A stretch of DNA of 63,922 nucleotides, the filler included, from Phoronis australis (Eukaryota > Animalia > Phoronida), in NCBI GenBank assembly GCA_002633005.1. It is 7 parts of 7 records of this genome, joined end to end, with 100 filler letters (N's around TTAATTAATTAA, not from the genome) between each part and the next. Parts side by side here need not be neighbours in the genome. Positions count along the whole stretch, not along the records: positions 24,186 to 43,230 come from NMRA01001210.1; 6 more parts are not named here. The stretch is one strand, 5' to 3'. The number at the start of each line of letters is the position of its first letter. Positions within the stretch are counted from its first letter, which is position 1. The notes beneath the pieces are model-generated. The model did no database searches. It saw nothing but the letters and a program-made list of their open reading frames with translations, and was not told where the DNA came from. Both the position numbers and the translations under genes were made by a program. Below are positions 24,917 to 36,954 of this stretch, in pieces.

Positions 24917-25965
24917 ATTGAAATGGAACATCTGACTGTGATAATGATGAGTCACGTAGTTTTGATTATGTGTTTTTGTTGTACATGTGTTTTAAGGAGT
25001 TACACCACCAAATTGTATGACCACTAAGGTATGTGTGAATATCTATTATTTGTATTTATGCATGTGAATTGTTTTGATAGGCTATAGCTTGCTCCATCAT
25101 GCAGTCTGTCCTCAACGTCGTCAAAGCAAGAGGAGTCAGCAGCATATGTCGTGTCCACGCAACATTGTCCATGTCATCTGCACACAGCAGGTACTTTATT
25201 GCAGCAGACTTCTTGGATTCAAATGCAGAGATGTTTCTATCCTTACAAGTCGATTTGATGTCCAACAAAATACTGTAAACGTTTTATGGCAGTTTGGTGT
25301 GTGTGCATGTAGGAGTGACTGGTGCATTCCTGAATAAGATAGATTTTAGATTAACAGTTTCTGGTACGAAATTGATTGCTTGATAACGCATTAAAAGTCT
25401 GCATTCTAGGAAATTAGTGGGAGAAAAACAGTTTGTAAAATTGGCTGATTGGAATCGCTAAATGATGTACTTGGGAGTTGTGGTCTTGACCTCAAGCAAC
25501 TTGAAGAAACTGACTGGAAGCAAATGCGTGCATTTATTATAAGTGTGACGGACATTAGAAACTCTGTGCATCATTCAAAATTGTGAATTTTGTGATTTCT
25601 TCTGAAAATGTCCTCACATGTTAATGTGAAATGCTCTACTAGACGTCAGCAATTGTTGACGAGCATTCACTTGCCTCTTTAAAGAGAAGTGGAAATTTGT
25701 CCCATTATCAGAAATTCATAACAACATATTATGCTGATTTCTTGATTTTTTGTGTATTATTTAACTTCTGATTTTTTTCGTTTCCAGCTGCGTTGCTGTT
25801 TGGACAAGTCTTCTTCAAGGTTACGACACACACGCTTCTGATGTTTTCAAATGGGTACCTAAAAATGCTAGTTCTTTGGCTCTTGTATATAATCAAGTAA
25901 GAAAACATCTGTTTATGGTCCCTGAATTTTCAGTACACATTGAGAAAAATATTTTATACAATTTC

Positions 25966-27210
25966 AGAGTTGTAGATTTTGAAAGCGGTTGCGTATTAGA
26001 ATATTTGGGACTTCAGTAATTGTGGCCTCAGTTATCCTAGCTTTTTGCTTCTCACATTTAACCAAGTTAAGGATTATGTGTTTTTGTCTTCAAGGCTTTC
26101 ATTAGACATTATGAATGTCTTCTGTACCAAGTTTCGTAGATGGGCTCCAACAATTGTTGATTTTGCAAGCGATTTTGGTTTGAATATGTATTAAAATTTG
26201 TGCGAATTTCATTATTGGCCTAAGTCATGCTAGTTTTTTAGCTCTCAAAGGTAATCAAGTTAAGGAACATGTGGTTTTGTCTCCAAGACTTTCATTAGAC
26301 ATGATGGATATGTATTGTACCAACTTTCGCTGTTGTGCTCCAAAAATTTTAGATTTTGAAAGCGATTTTGGTTTGAATATGTCGTAAAATTTGTGAATTT
26401 CATTATTGGCCTCTAGTCATGTTAGCTTTTTGCTTCTAACAGTTAACCAAGTTAAAGAGCATGTGTTTTTGTTTTCAAGGCTTTCATTAGACATGATGAA
26501 TATGTACTCTACTAACTTTCGCAGATGTGCTCCAAAAATTATAGATTTTGCAAGCGATTTTGGTTTAAATATGTAGTAAAATTTGTGCGAATTTCATTAT
26601 TGGCCTAAGTCATGCTAGTTTTTTAGCTCTCAAAGGTAATCAAGTTAAGGAACATGTGGTTGTCTCCAAGACTTTCATTAGACATGATGACTATGTACTG
26701 TACCAACTTTCGCTGATGTGCTCTAGAAATTGTAGTTTTTGCAAGCGATATTGGCTTGAATATGTTGTAAAATTTGTGCGAATTTCATTATTAGCCTCAG
26801 TCTTGATAGCTTTTTGCTTTTCACAGTTAACCAAGTTAAATGCCATGTGTTTTTGTCTCCAAGACTTTCATTAGACATGACGAACCAACTTTTGCAGATG
26901 TGCTCCAAAATTGTAGATTTTGCTGCAAGGGATATTGGGTTGAATATGTAGCAAAATTTGTGCGAATTTCATAATTGGTCCCAGTCATGTTAGCTTTTTG
27001 CTTCTCACAGTTAACCAAGTTAAATGCCATGTGTTTTGTCTCCAAGAGTTAGACATTATGAATATGTATTGTACCAACTTTCGTAGATGAGCTCTAAAAA
27101 TTGAAGATTTTGAAAGCGATTTTGGTCTAAGTTTGTACAAAAATGTTTACGAATTCTAGCTGTGGCTCCATTTATGCTAGGTTTTTGGCTTTCATATTTT
27201 ATCAAGTTAT
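25966..27210. repeat. About 190-bp tandem repeat, about 6 copies
   Basis: Anchor ttcattagac recurs at about 26098, 26291, 26483, 26673 and 26866, with a variant at about 27049. Confidence 0.9.
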
Positions 27211-29971
27211 AGAACACCTGTTTTCTTGTAAAATATTTACTGACTTCTCAATAAATGAAAACTTGTCTGAGCATGTTTCACTGCTAACCAATAAACTTAT
27301 AGGTCATAAAAATTTTTGATTGGGATTCTTTGACGAATCGAGTTAACCTCCACACAGAAAATTGAGGTTGTAATAATTCTTGAACTTCAGTTATGTCACA
27401 CAACATTTCTAGGTAAGGTCCATTTCGTTTATGGGCCTACAAAGAATTCCGGGCTGTAGAAAAATCAGTTGTTTTTACAATGCACTGAGATAATTCCTTG
27501 AAGGACATGTTTAAACTGGATTGGTAACCCGAAAATAAGTGGGAAACATTAAATATTAAGCCAAAATCGATGGAATATCACTAATTTAGGGATCTGTAAT
27601 AGTGCAGTGTTTAAATATACACTCACACACACACCCGTGTATACCTAAAGAGTAGGCCCCTGTGCCTTCGTTGTATAAAAAAAAAAACATGCGTCAGTTC
27701 CAGTCTTTCTGGTGCCAGCCAGAATAAAATCGCATTTCGAGTACGTTGAATTATTTTCAGTTTGACATTTTTGCGACTTTTCAAAAACGTTTAATTGAAA
27801 ATAGGGCACTGTATTCTCAAGTTTTGCTAAAGATACCATGGCCTTCAATGTCTTTGGTCAAGAAATAATTTTCTTGGACATTTTTAGTTTTTGCGAATTG
27901 TCAAGACATTTTTGATAGGCCTACGAATTGAAAATTGTTTGTTATATGGTTTGATGTGCACCTTATTTCAATTCACGCAGGATACCCGTTCGTCTTGTTC
28001 CCGCATGAAGTAAGTAATTCCTACTACATATATATTTGCAAGTTCCTTGATATACAACACTATGGAATATAACAGACTAAAATAGTCTTGTTTGTCAAGG
28101 ATTGATCTCCGGCTTCATTTTCGGAGCGCTCCACGCGCTCAGGGCGCATTCAAAGATTTTTAATCTGCGAATTCAATTTCCTTAGCAAGAAAGTGTAAAT
28201 ATTTTACTACAATTTTTACCCATTGTAGCTGTGATGGTCCATTTTTCCCACGGCGTGTGATTTTGTAAAATGATCTTAGAGTTTTTAATACGTTTCCTGA
28301 TTCTCGCTAATTATTTCGCTTGCTGGACGTAGCTTTCCTAAACCGATTTTGAAAATTTCCCTTTTTCCGAATCTTATGAACTGAATTTCCTGGAAAAAAC
28401 AAGGTTTCCAATTTCTGTGTTTTGTTTTAGTGTACATTTTTGTAAGACTTTTCTGAAAGATGCGTTTGATGATGTAGGAACGCTATTTCACACAGAACAC
28501 CTTTCTCCGGGATCCGCATCGCCTTTGGTCATACAGGTGGGCGTCGATTATTTTAACTTATTATGTACCACAACAAACTTAAATGATAATGCCTTACTGG
28601 GAATATACCCAACCGAGTATTTTTACCCATTCGAGTATTTCAAACATATTCTTGAAGGAAATTCAGTACAAGCGAAAAAGAACACTCAGATCGGAGTGAC
28701 GACGAAGAGCGTCTTCACCGCGACGGGCCTAAGGTCAGGCGACGCCCAGGCCAGGAAATGAAATTCAGAAATATTTTAATCTTATGAATCAATTTTAAGT
28801 ATAGAGTCTACAGAATGTCACTTTTTTGAAAGAGCTTTTTACTAATTTGCCTTTCAACAGAGGACTCCCCGGTTCGGATGCACTCCCCGGCAGCAGGGGC
28901 ACGATCCTACCTAGCTAACGGGATTCCTCCCCGCAAGTAGAGAAAAAGAGACAGAGAGAGCGAGACAGAGGGTGACAGGTTTATTAACATAATTAATATT
29001 AGCTCATTATACAGTTTACAGAGTACAATAAAACAAACAAAAGCATGATCACAACCCGCAAAGCGGTATAGGCCATACGTGCGCAAGCCCCAGTGACCGG
29101 CGACTGAATTGAAGTAAATCTAATTATAATTCATTTACCAATGTCTAACAACAACGGCAATTGACTAAAATCGTTACATTATCACACACGTAGTGAATTT
29201 ATATTTTTAGGCTTATTTTACAGCTGTGCTTTGCCGTCTTCATTTGGGAAGAAATTTCACCGGGGAAGAAATTTCATGCCTTAGACGTGGAATAACTTCC
29301 CCTCAATACCGCGCATGCGCAAAAGGGTCGGAGTGGGAAGAAATTTCACGGGGAAGAAATTTCACGCGACACCGGACATATAATGCGCTACAGCGGAACA
29401 AAAATTGGTGTCATTTAATTCTCATATTATGCTTCAAGTACGATTTTATGAAATGTCCGATATTTATGGCCTGTCCGATAATTAGGTACACCATGTGTTA
29501 CATGTGTAGTCAGACTCAGGGTAGTGTATTCACTGTATTGCCATTGGGCCCATTGGGGACGATCAGAAGCATGCCTGTGGTCAGAGAGCACACCACGTCT
29601 GGATAAGGCAACGTGATTTCATACGTTCTGAAAACTACACAAAGCATCTACATACCTCTATTATCAAAGTTTTCCACTTGAAACTGAAGGACTGTCAGCA
29701 ACAGCTTAGCTGGTAAGAAGCTCGACATGAAACACGGCGAACAGAGAACGACTTCATTTCCGATTAACAAATATAAACGAATAACTTTTTGATTAAACCA
29801 TTTCAATCGTGCATCAGCTTAAGCCCATTATCATAACAATTTAGTGATCTTTAGGCCACAAAATTCATGATCATTATTTAATAAGGGTTGGTAATTCAAG
29901 TTGATCACTGTAAAAGTCACAAACAATCACGTTCGTACGGAAATAAATACTACTACTGAGGAGGAAGTGGT

Positions 29972-30017
29972 ATGGCTGCTATCGACAAAGTGAGAGTAAT
30001 AGTTGTCGGCGATTCAG
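29972..30017 (+). CDS. RABL3: Rab-like protein 3, coding exon 1 of 7
   Basis: MAAIDKVRVIVVGDS(G); phase-1 GT donor at 30018; the P-loop is split as in vertebrate RABL3. Confidence 0.93.
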
Positions 30018-30189
30018 GTATTTTTACAGTTTCACAATTATTGCGGATGATCTCGAGCGTTTCAATTTTTTTTAGAAAACTGAACCTAGTTCTTAGTCTA
30101 CAGGCAGTGCGCTAATGAAATGCATACATGCTACTGCCAGTCAGATACAGTCTGTAGTAATTCCCAAAATGTCTAACCTTGCTGCTTGC

Positions 30190-30700
30190 TAGGCAATGAC
30201 CATCGCCTCTGTTGGCCCGAACCAGAGGCGATTCAGCTCCTATAGGCGCTCTGTACGCCGGAAATTTTTCGGCGAATTATGCCTCGCACCGACTAAAAAA
30301 TCAAAGTCACGTTGTTATAAATACCTTTTGCGCATAGAGGAACACCTTAGGAAGGCTTAGGAGGTTGTCGATGTGTTTAATTCCTTCCAACTCGAACAAA
30401 TACTCCCGTTATGAAACTTTGGAGCGTGCGCAGTACAAAATTTTTTATTTCACGATTTTGGGAACTGAAATAGGGACTGCTCGAAGAAAAAGTTTCATAA
30501 CGGGAGTTTTTGTTCGAGTTGGAAGGAATCGACAACCTCCTAAGGTGTTCCTCTGTGCGCAAAAGGTATTTATAACAACGTGACTGTGATGGTTTAGTCG
30601 GTGCGAGGCATAATTTGCCGAAAAGCTTCCGGCGTACAGAGCGCCTATAGGAGCTGCATCGCCTCTGGTTCGGGCCAACAGAGGCGATGGTCATTGCCTA
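30190..30700. mobile_element. Foldback MITE with 9-bp TSD (Mutator/MULE-like), RABL3 intron 1
   Basis: TAGGCAATGACCATCGCC... / ...GGCGATGGTCATTGCCTA arms of about 215-230 bp; gctgcttgc at 30181-30189 and 30701-30709. Confidence 0.85.
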
Positions 30701-31269
30701 GCTGCTTGCAAAAGTGTCTTACCTTGCAATAACACTAACACGTCAAATAACGTCTCACTACAAGTCAGTGTGCCAGTTCTAGCCACAGGCATCCTCAGCT
30801 TCTGATGGTTCCCAATACACTATATATAATACTACAAGGTATGACACTCCGTCCACGGGTGCTTCACTTCAGCGGTCAATATAGCAAACACAGAACTCAA
30901 TAAATTTACTCAAAACAGAGGTTCAAAAAACCATGAGGAATTGTTCTTTCTCCCAATACCATTTATGGTGTGCTGCTCCACCAAGTTTGCAAGAAATTCA
31001 CGGTCAAAGCACAAAAGTCTTCCCAAAAAGCTCGTCCGGAGCAACTCCCTGGTCTCACGTGCAGGGTACGGAATTATCCGATGAGTTACGGATGAACAGC
31101 AGTTGCCAATTCATCACGGAATGTCACAGCATTGATAACTTGGCAATTGAATATCATCGTGTTGTTCATACTCGCCACCTTTACCGTCGTAACCATCATC
31201 GTCGTCATCATCTCAGTCGTCGTCTTTTCGGTTAATTTTGCCAAGTGTCGCTCCTCCGAGCGCTCTCAT

Positions 31270-31582
31270 TCTTCAAGCAGTCCCTCATTCAGTTTCCAAA
31301 ATTGGTAACTCACCATTTTTAACATTGCGCACTTGGTGGCATGAAGTCATATCCCCTGGTGCGCGCAGTGTTAAAAATGGTGTGCTACCGATTTTGGGAA
31401 CTGAACGAGGGACTACTTGAAGAAAAAGTTTGATAACGGGGGTTTTTGTTGGAGTTGGAAGGAATTAAATACATCAAGGGCCTCCTAGGTTGCCCCTCTA
31501 TGCGCAAGAAGTATTTATGACAATGTAGCATTCATGATTGATGTTTTAGTCAGTGTAAGGCATAATTCGCCGAAAATCTTCC
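31270..31582. mobile_element. Older partial copy of the same foldback family
   Basis: Shares ttttgggaactga..gggact..gaagaaaaagttt.ataacggg.gtttttgtt.gagttggaaggaat with 30457-30530; has its own central hairpin at about 31270-31422. Confidence 0.65.
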
Positions 31583-31887
31583 TACAGTCTCTATTGCGGA
31601 GTCAGTAAAGACTGTGGTCACTGTCTACATAACTGAAAATCTGTCACGTTTCGCTCACGTTTCTCTCACGAGGTGCCATTTTAAGGAACTTATGTGAAAT
31701 CACACCTGTTGTCCAAGGGATACAAAGCTAGTAATAATTTCACCTGATGTCTTACCATGCTAATTTTCAGGTATCACGCGCTTCGCTCAGTCTCGCACTA
31801 GCCTTTGCCTAACTCACGTGACTCATTTGAAATACTTTGTGGTTATTGCGCGTGCAGTGAAAAAGTTAACGGTGACCAAAAAAGTGG

Positions 31888-32288
31888 AGTTGGAATTCTT
31901 CGCCAAAGTCACCTTAATTCTCGTAGCTATGCTTCATTGAAGATATGGGTAGAAGCAGAAAGGATCACTGAGGAAAGTAAGCATTTTTTTAAGTGATAGT
32001 GTATAGAATGTGTAGAATATATTTTTGGCAAGGCCTAGGCAACACATAGCCCCTTAGTAAACCGGTTAGAGGCTACAATACTTCCTATCGCTTTCTGTGC
32101 TAATTTCGTCCCGCATATTTTGAACGGGTGGTAGGCGAAATCCGCTCACCAATTAAGTTTTCACCTCGTCAAAGATGCATTCTACACTTAAAACTATCAC
32201 TTAAAAAGGCACTTACTTCTTCACTGATTCTTTCTGCTTCATATCTTAGATGAAGCATATCTATGACAACTTGGCGAAGAATTCCAAC
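31888..32288. mobile_element. Decayed MITE-like inverted repeat
   Basis: gttggaattcttcgccaa...tgcttcat...gaagcagaaag...aagtgatagt...gtgtagaat is mirrored at about 32179-32288. Confidence 0.6.
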
Positions 32289-32891
32289 ACTTTTTTGAAA
32301 TCTGAGTCACAGAAGTTTTTGTTCCAGCGGTTTCCTTCTGTATTCAAAAGGTACTTACAGAAATGTGACTGATGGTTTAGTTAGTGTGAGGCATAGTGTA
32401 CCCAAAAGCTTCCAGCATATGGCAGCCCTATGGGATGGCAACCGTTTGATGGACTGAAATCTTTGGGTGCTTTTGGTGTCTGTGAAACCTTCCCAACCAA
32501 ACTGCCTCTGAGAAAAGCAATTGTTGTTTTTGACGTCTGAGCATTCATTTGTAAAATAATGTGCAGGCCATTTGCATTGAGAGTATAGTGCATGTCCTGT
32601 ACCTTGTGACATCCAATCTCCCGGAAGTCAACATTGTCCCCATGTAGAAAAATACCTGGGGTTGGAAGAATACTTGCTGTTGAATTGGGTCACTTTTTAA
32701 GCAATAAATGTATTGTAAAATCCATTTTTGAACAATTACCGTGGTACATTTTTATGCAAAAGACTACTGTTGGCTAAATAATTCCTAGAAATATGCTATC
32801 AGCAGTAAAATCATGTATGAATTTTGCACTTTCTTTGTGTGTTTCCTGTGTAATCTGGTAGTTTGCTCATTATAGTAGTATTATGTTACAG

Positions 32892-32983
32892 GTGTTGGAA
32901 AAACATCGCTTGTCCATCTGCTGTGCCATGGAGAACCAATGTTAAATACATCATGGACTATAGGTTGTTCTGTTGAAGTTAAG
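32892..32983 (+). CDS. RABL3: RABL3 coding exon 2
   Basis: [31 protein letters not shown] (G1 GDSGVGKT; WTIGC effector region); AG/GT flanks; 92 nt. Confidence 0.95.
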
Positions 32984-33267
32984 GTATTGAAAACGTAACT
33001 GTTTAAAATCCTGCTTCTCAATTCTTTTTGCATAGAACACAAGATTAAGTTGGATATTGAAGCCAAATTTTACCTAAATTAGCTGTGCTTATAGTTTTTA
33101 TGAATGACATACTGTTTTCTATGGCCCATTTTATTTCGAAAATTGGCTTGTTTTATTGTAAATTTAAGTACTTGCATCTAATGTATATTCATTAAAAACT
33201 TCCTTTATTGAATGGTGGTTACTGCATTAGGTTAATGTTATCAGCTTTGATACTCATCCTATTACAG

Positions 33268-33385
33268 CTTCATGAGTACAAGGTGGGTACTCCTCAAGAG
33301 AAGACGTACTTCATTGAACTGTGGGATGTGGGTGGGTCATCCAGTCACAAGAACACTCGGGCCACATTCTACAATCCCGTCCATG
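33268..33385 (+). CDS. RABL3: RABL3 coding exon 3
   Basis: [39 protein letters not shown](G), with the RABL3-typical WDVGG G3; 118 nt. Confidence 0.96.
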
Positions 33386-33871
33386 GTGAGTCGAGTCTTG
33401 TTGTACACTCGATCATGTCGGTGTATGCCATAATGGTCCAAGTGTAGTGCAACTGGTAATATTCCTCCCAGTGAATTCTACACTTGAAGTTTCCAGCCAC
33501 AGGTTAACTTGCTTCTTCCTCATTGTGCCCATACTTATCCTTCCACAAATAACGTTAACTTTGCCTTGTGTTTACAAAATTTGACACAGAAAACTCGCAT
33601 ATGTCAAGTCCATTGCAGCCACTGTAGAATTTCATCTGAGTATGGAGAAATCCAACTTACTGTATCTGGAGGACTGAGTGTGCCAACCAGAATAACTGAC
33701 AGAAGTTTAATGTACTTTCTTGAATGTCTGATTGGTACTTTTTGCAACGATTGCTGTTTTTTTGGCATCGAATGTCAGTTATTACATGCAAAGTGTTAGT
33801 GTCTGTTTTCCATCCATAGCCATTTGCCTGTGTTTTCTCATTCCACTGAAGTTATGAAATAATCATTACAG

Positions 33872-33974
33872 GTATCGTACTTGTGCATGATCTGAAAAAC
33901 AGAAAATCTCAACAAAACCTACGGAAATGGCTGGCTGAGGTTTTGAACAGGGAGCAATCAGAAAATGACAACAG
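33872..33974 (+). CDS. RABL3: RABL3 coding exon 4
   Basis: GIVLVHDLKNRKSQQNLRKWLAEVLNREQSENDN; AG/GT flanks; 103 nt. Confidence 0.95.
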
Positions 33975-34484
33975 GTTGGTATAATGTGGATCAGACTTGT
34001 TTGAACATCAGCGTTACCAGAAAAACATGATACCAGATAAGGATCTAATGCTTGAATGTCTAAACCTGGTCTCTAGTGGAACAAGTTGCCTTAACTTTAA
34101 ACGTTTTTATTATAATTTGAAAACAAATTACTGCTTAGAAGTATATTCTAAAGCAAAAAATCCAAATGAACTACAGGAATTCTGGAAAGCTTGGTAGTCT
34201 GTCTTTGCTGACTAAATTATCCATTCACTGGTACCTGTATCTACTGCACACTCAGTGGGGCCTGCACTGGGTGACTGACATGTGTCCGTGTATCAAATAA
34301 AATTAAGTACCTCTAACAGTGTCCTTAACATTTTTGTAATGTTATATTTGGATGTCAATGCCGCAACATTATTGGTAACTATCTGTAATCTTATGTTTGA
34401 AAAATAAACGGTAAAAAGTTGCCAGATAAATTGGTTGCTGCACGAGTGTCAATGGTTTGATTGTTGACTCCCAATTGTTTTCAG

Positions 34485-34635
34485 CTATGACTACGATCCA
34501 GAGCAGTTTGCCGGTAATCAGATCCCAATACTGGTGGTAGGAACAAACTTGAATCAAGTGCAAGATGATATACAGAGCAGACATTCCAGGAACAGTAGTA
34601 TAGCTGAGGAGTGTGGGGCAGACCAAATTATACTG
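34485..34635 (+). CDS. RABL3: RABL3 coding exon 5
   Basis: YDYDPEQFAGNQIPILVVGTNLNQV...IAEECGADQIIL; AG/GT flanks; 151 nt. Confidence 0.95.
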
Positions 34636-34680
34636 GTAACACCGTAATTGAATTTTAATGATCTTTATTAAGATGTACTT

Positions 34681-34885
34681 TTTGTGTGCCCACACATACA
34701 TATGTGGGGGCACATTGCCATCATCTCTGTCTGGGCGTCCAGTGTTGTGCATCTGCCATTGTGTCTCCTAAACCCGTTGCAGAATGTTAAATTAATGAGA
34801 TTTGGCATTATGTCTTCCTGATTACGGATGATGATGAGTTTCAGACCAATCCAACCACTGCTGTGCCCTCTAGTGGCCATTTTAT
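34681..34885 (+). mobile_element. Truncated 5' fragment of the same HINE family, RABL3 intron 5
   Basis: GTGCCCAC-acatacatat-GTGGGGGCAC head and first internal repeat, similar to the other copies; ends early. Confidence 0.6.
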
Positions 34886-35040
34886 TACTTTTAAAAATTA
34901 AATTTCTAAAGGTATGTGGCTTTGTTATCACGTATTTTGTTTGGAACTGATGCTATAGGTCACATTTCTTATCCGATCAACATGATATTTACTCACACTT
35001 TTTTGTGAATCGCTTAAAGGCTATGTTTTTTGGTTGCCAT

Positions 35041-36107
35041 TTTTACACTCCCACATATTTATTTATATGTTGGTGCATATTGCCGTCATCTCTGTCTGGA
35101 CGTCCGGCATCCATTGTCCGGCGTCTGCAGCTGTATCTCCTAAACCCCTCACAGGATGTGTTCCTGTGAAGCTGACGACGAATGACGGTGGACCTATCCG
35201 ACTGCAGGTGTGCCTCCTAGTGGAAATTTTAGTTTTTTATGTTTACCTCTGTATCTTTGGAAGTCCTCAACGGATTTTCATAGAATTTGGAAGTTAAGCA
35301 TCCATTAGTGGTATGATGCTATCCTTACGTTTTCGGATGGATTCAAGGTATTTTGCAACACCTAGTGGCCATTTTTACTGTTTTCGAGTCTGTTTTTTGA
35401 CGTCCGCCCCTCTGTCAATCAAACCACTCTCTAAGGATGATTGTGAAAATTGGCATATACGTTCTTTCTGTAAAGAAGATGGCTGACGATGATTTTCCGA
35501 CGACTTTGACTACTGTGTAGCCTCTTATGGCAGTTTTGCTTGATTTTGCGCCCATGGCTGTATCTCCTAAACACTTTACAGAATCTTTATTAAATTTTAG
35601 CAAATGTATTTACATGAAGTTGACAACGGACGGCGACGACTTTCTAACAAATCCGACAAACACAGTTCTCCCTAGTGGCAATTTCATTTTTTCCATTTTC
35701 CTCTTCTTTTTCTAATTCAAGCTCCTTGATGAATTTTTATGAAATAGTTTTCCATTGAAACGATGACATGATCCTGTTTTCGGATGGATTTGACATATTT
35801 TGCGCCATCTAGTGGCCATTTTTATTGTTTTTTTGCGTCTGCCTTCTGTAAACCAAATCACTCTAAGTATGATTGTGAAAATTGGCATATATTTTCTTAG
35901 TGTGAAGAGGAGGATTGACGATTATTTTCTGACTTTGACTACTGCGGCGCCTCCTAGTGGCAGTTATGTTTTTGCGCCCAATAGCCCCTTAGTGGCTTAT
36001 TTTGCATCATTTAGTGGCCATTTCTGTGACAGAAGTAAACATCCCTAGAAGTACACTGTTTGCCGTGCCTTCGTGAGCGCATTTCAGCACTCCGCATTGC
36101 TCTTGTT
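35041..36107 (+). mobile_element. HINE/DINE-1-like element, copy 3, RABL3 intron 5
   Basis: Homologous head, internal repeats and 3' end (GTGAGCGCAT...CTTGTT). Confidence 0.72.
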
Positions 36108-36285
36108 ATTGTTTTGAATCTGTTTTTGGTGTCCACCTCGTTATCCACCAAACCACATTGAGGATCATTGTGAAACTTAGCAGGTGTACGTAATAAGATC
36201 TGGCAACTGTGACGTCACCTAGTGGTGATTTAAACTTTTTGCATACACGGTTGTGTTATCCATTGATTGGCCTGTGTTTCCTCAA

Positions 36286-36438
36286 CATAATCTATGCATA
36301 TGCATGTCAGAAGTGAGTTATGTTCTCTCCTCTCTCATAATCTATGCATATGCATGCCAGAAGTGAGTTATGTTCTCTGCTTTCACATAATCTATGCATA
36401 TGTATGCCAGAAGTGAGTTATGTTCTCTGCTCTCACAT
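36286..36438. repeat. 50-bp tandem repeat x3
   Basis: cataatctatgcatatg(c/t)atg(t/c)cagaagtgagttatgttctct at 36286, 36336 and 36386. Confidence 0.9.
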
Positions 36439-36882
36439 GAAATACAAATACCAATCAAGACAAATGCCATATCAGAGTAGGTCATTCAGTTGTTTCCTAA
36501 GTAATCATTAGCATGTCCTTTTCATATTTTTAAACACCATTTCAGCACGGACTTTTCAGTACACAATATCTAAATAAAACTTGTACTTCTGAATGCAATA
36601 ATGGCCGCATTTAAAGAACCAGTAAATTTCTCTTACTTAGGTTGAGCATTCTTTTGTCAATTCAAATTGCTTTGTAACATGTAGCATTTCAATATGTGAT
36701 TTTCAAAGCAACATTCAGTGGAATAGAACTGTCTTAACTCTGGATAATTTTATTTCATGAGCTCTTATTCTGAATTATCGAGCTGTTAGTTATTTGAGTT
36801 GGTATGTAAATATCTGTGTGTCTGTGTTGACTTACTTTGCTATTATGTTAAAATGTAGCTCCAAACTCCTTTTCATTTTCAG

Positions 36883-36954
36883 GACTGCACTGAAAACAAA
36901 CATTTGGCACCTGGATCAAGTAACTCTGTACGACTTAGTCGATTTTTCGACAAG
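36883..36954 (+). CDS. RABL3: RABL3 coding exon 6
   Basis: DCTENKHLAPGSSNSVRLSRFFDK; AG/GT flanks; 72 nt. Confidence 0.95.
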
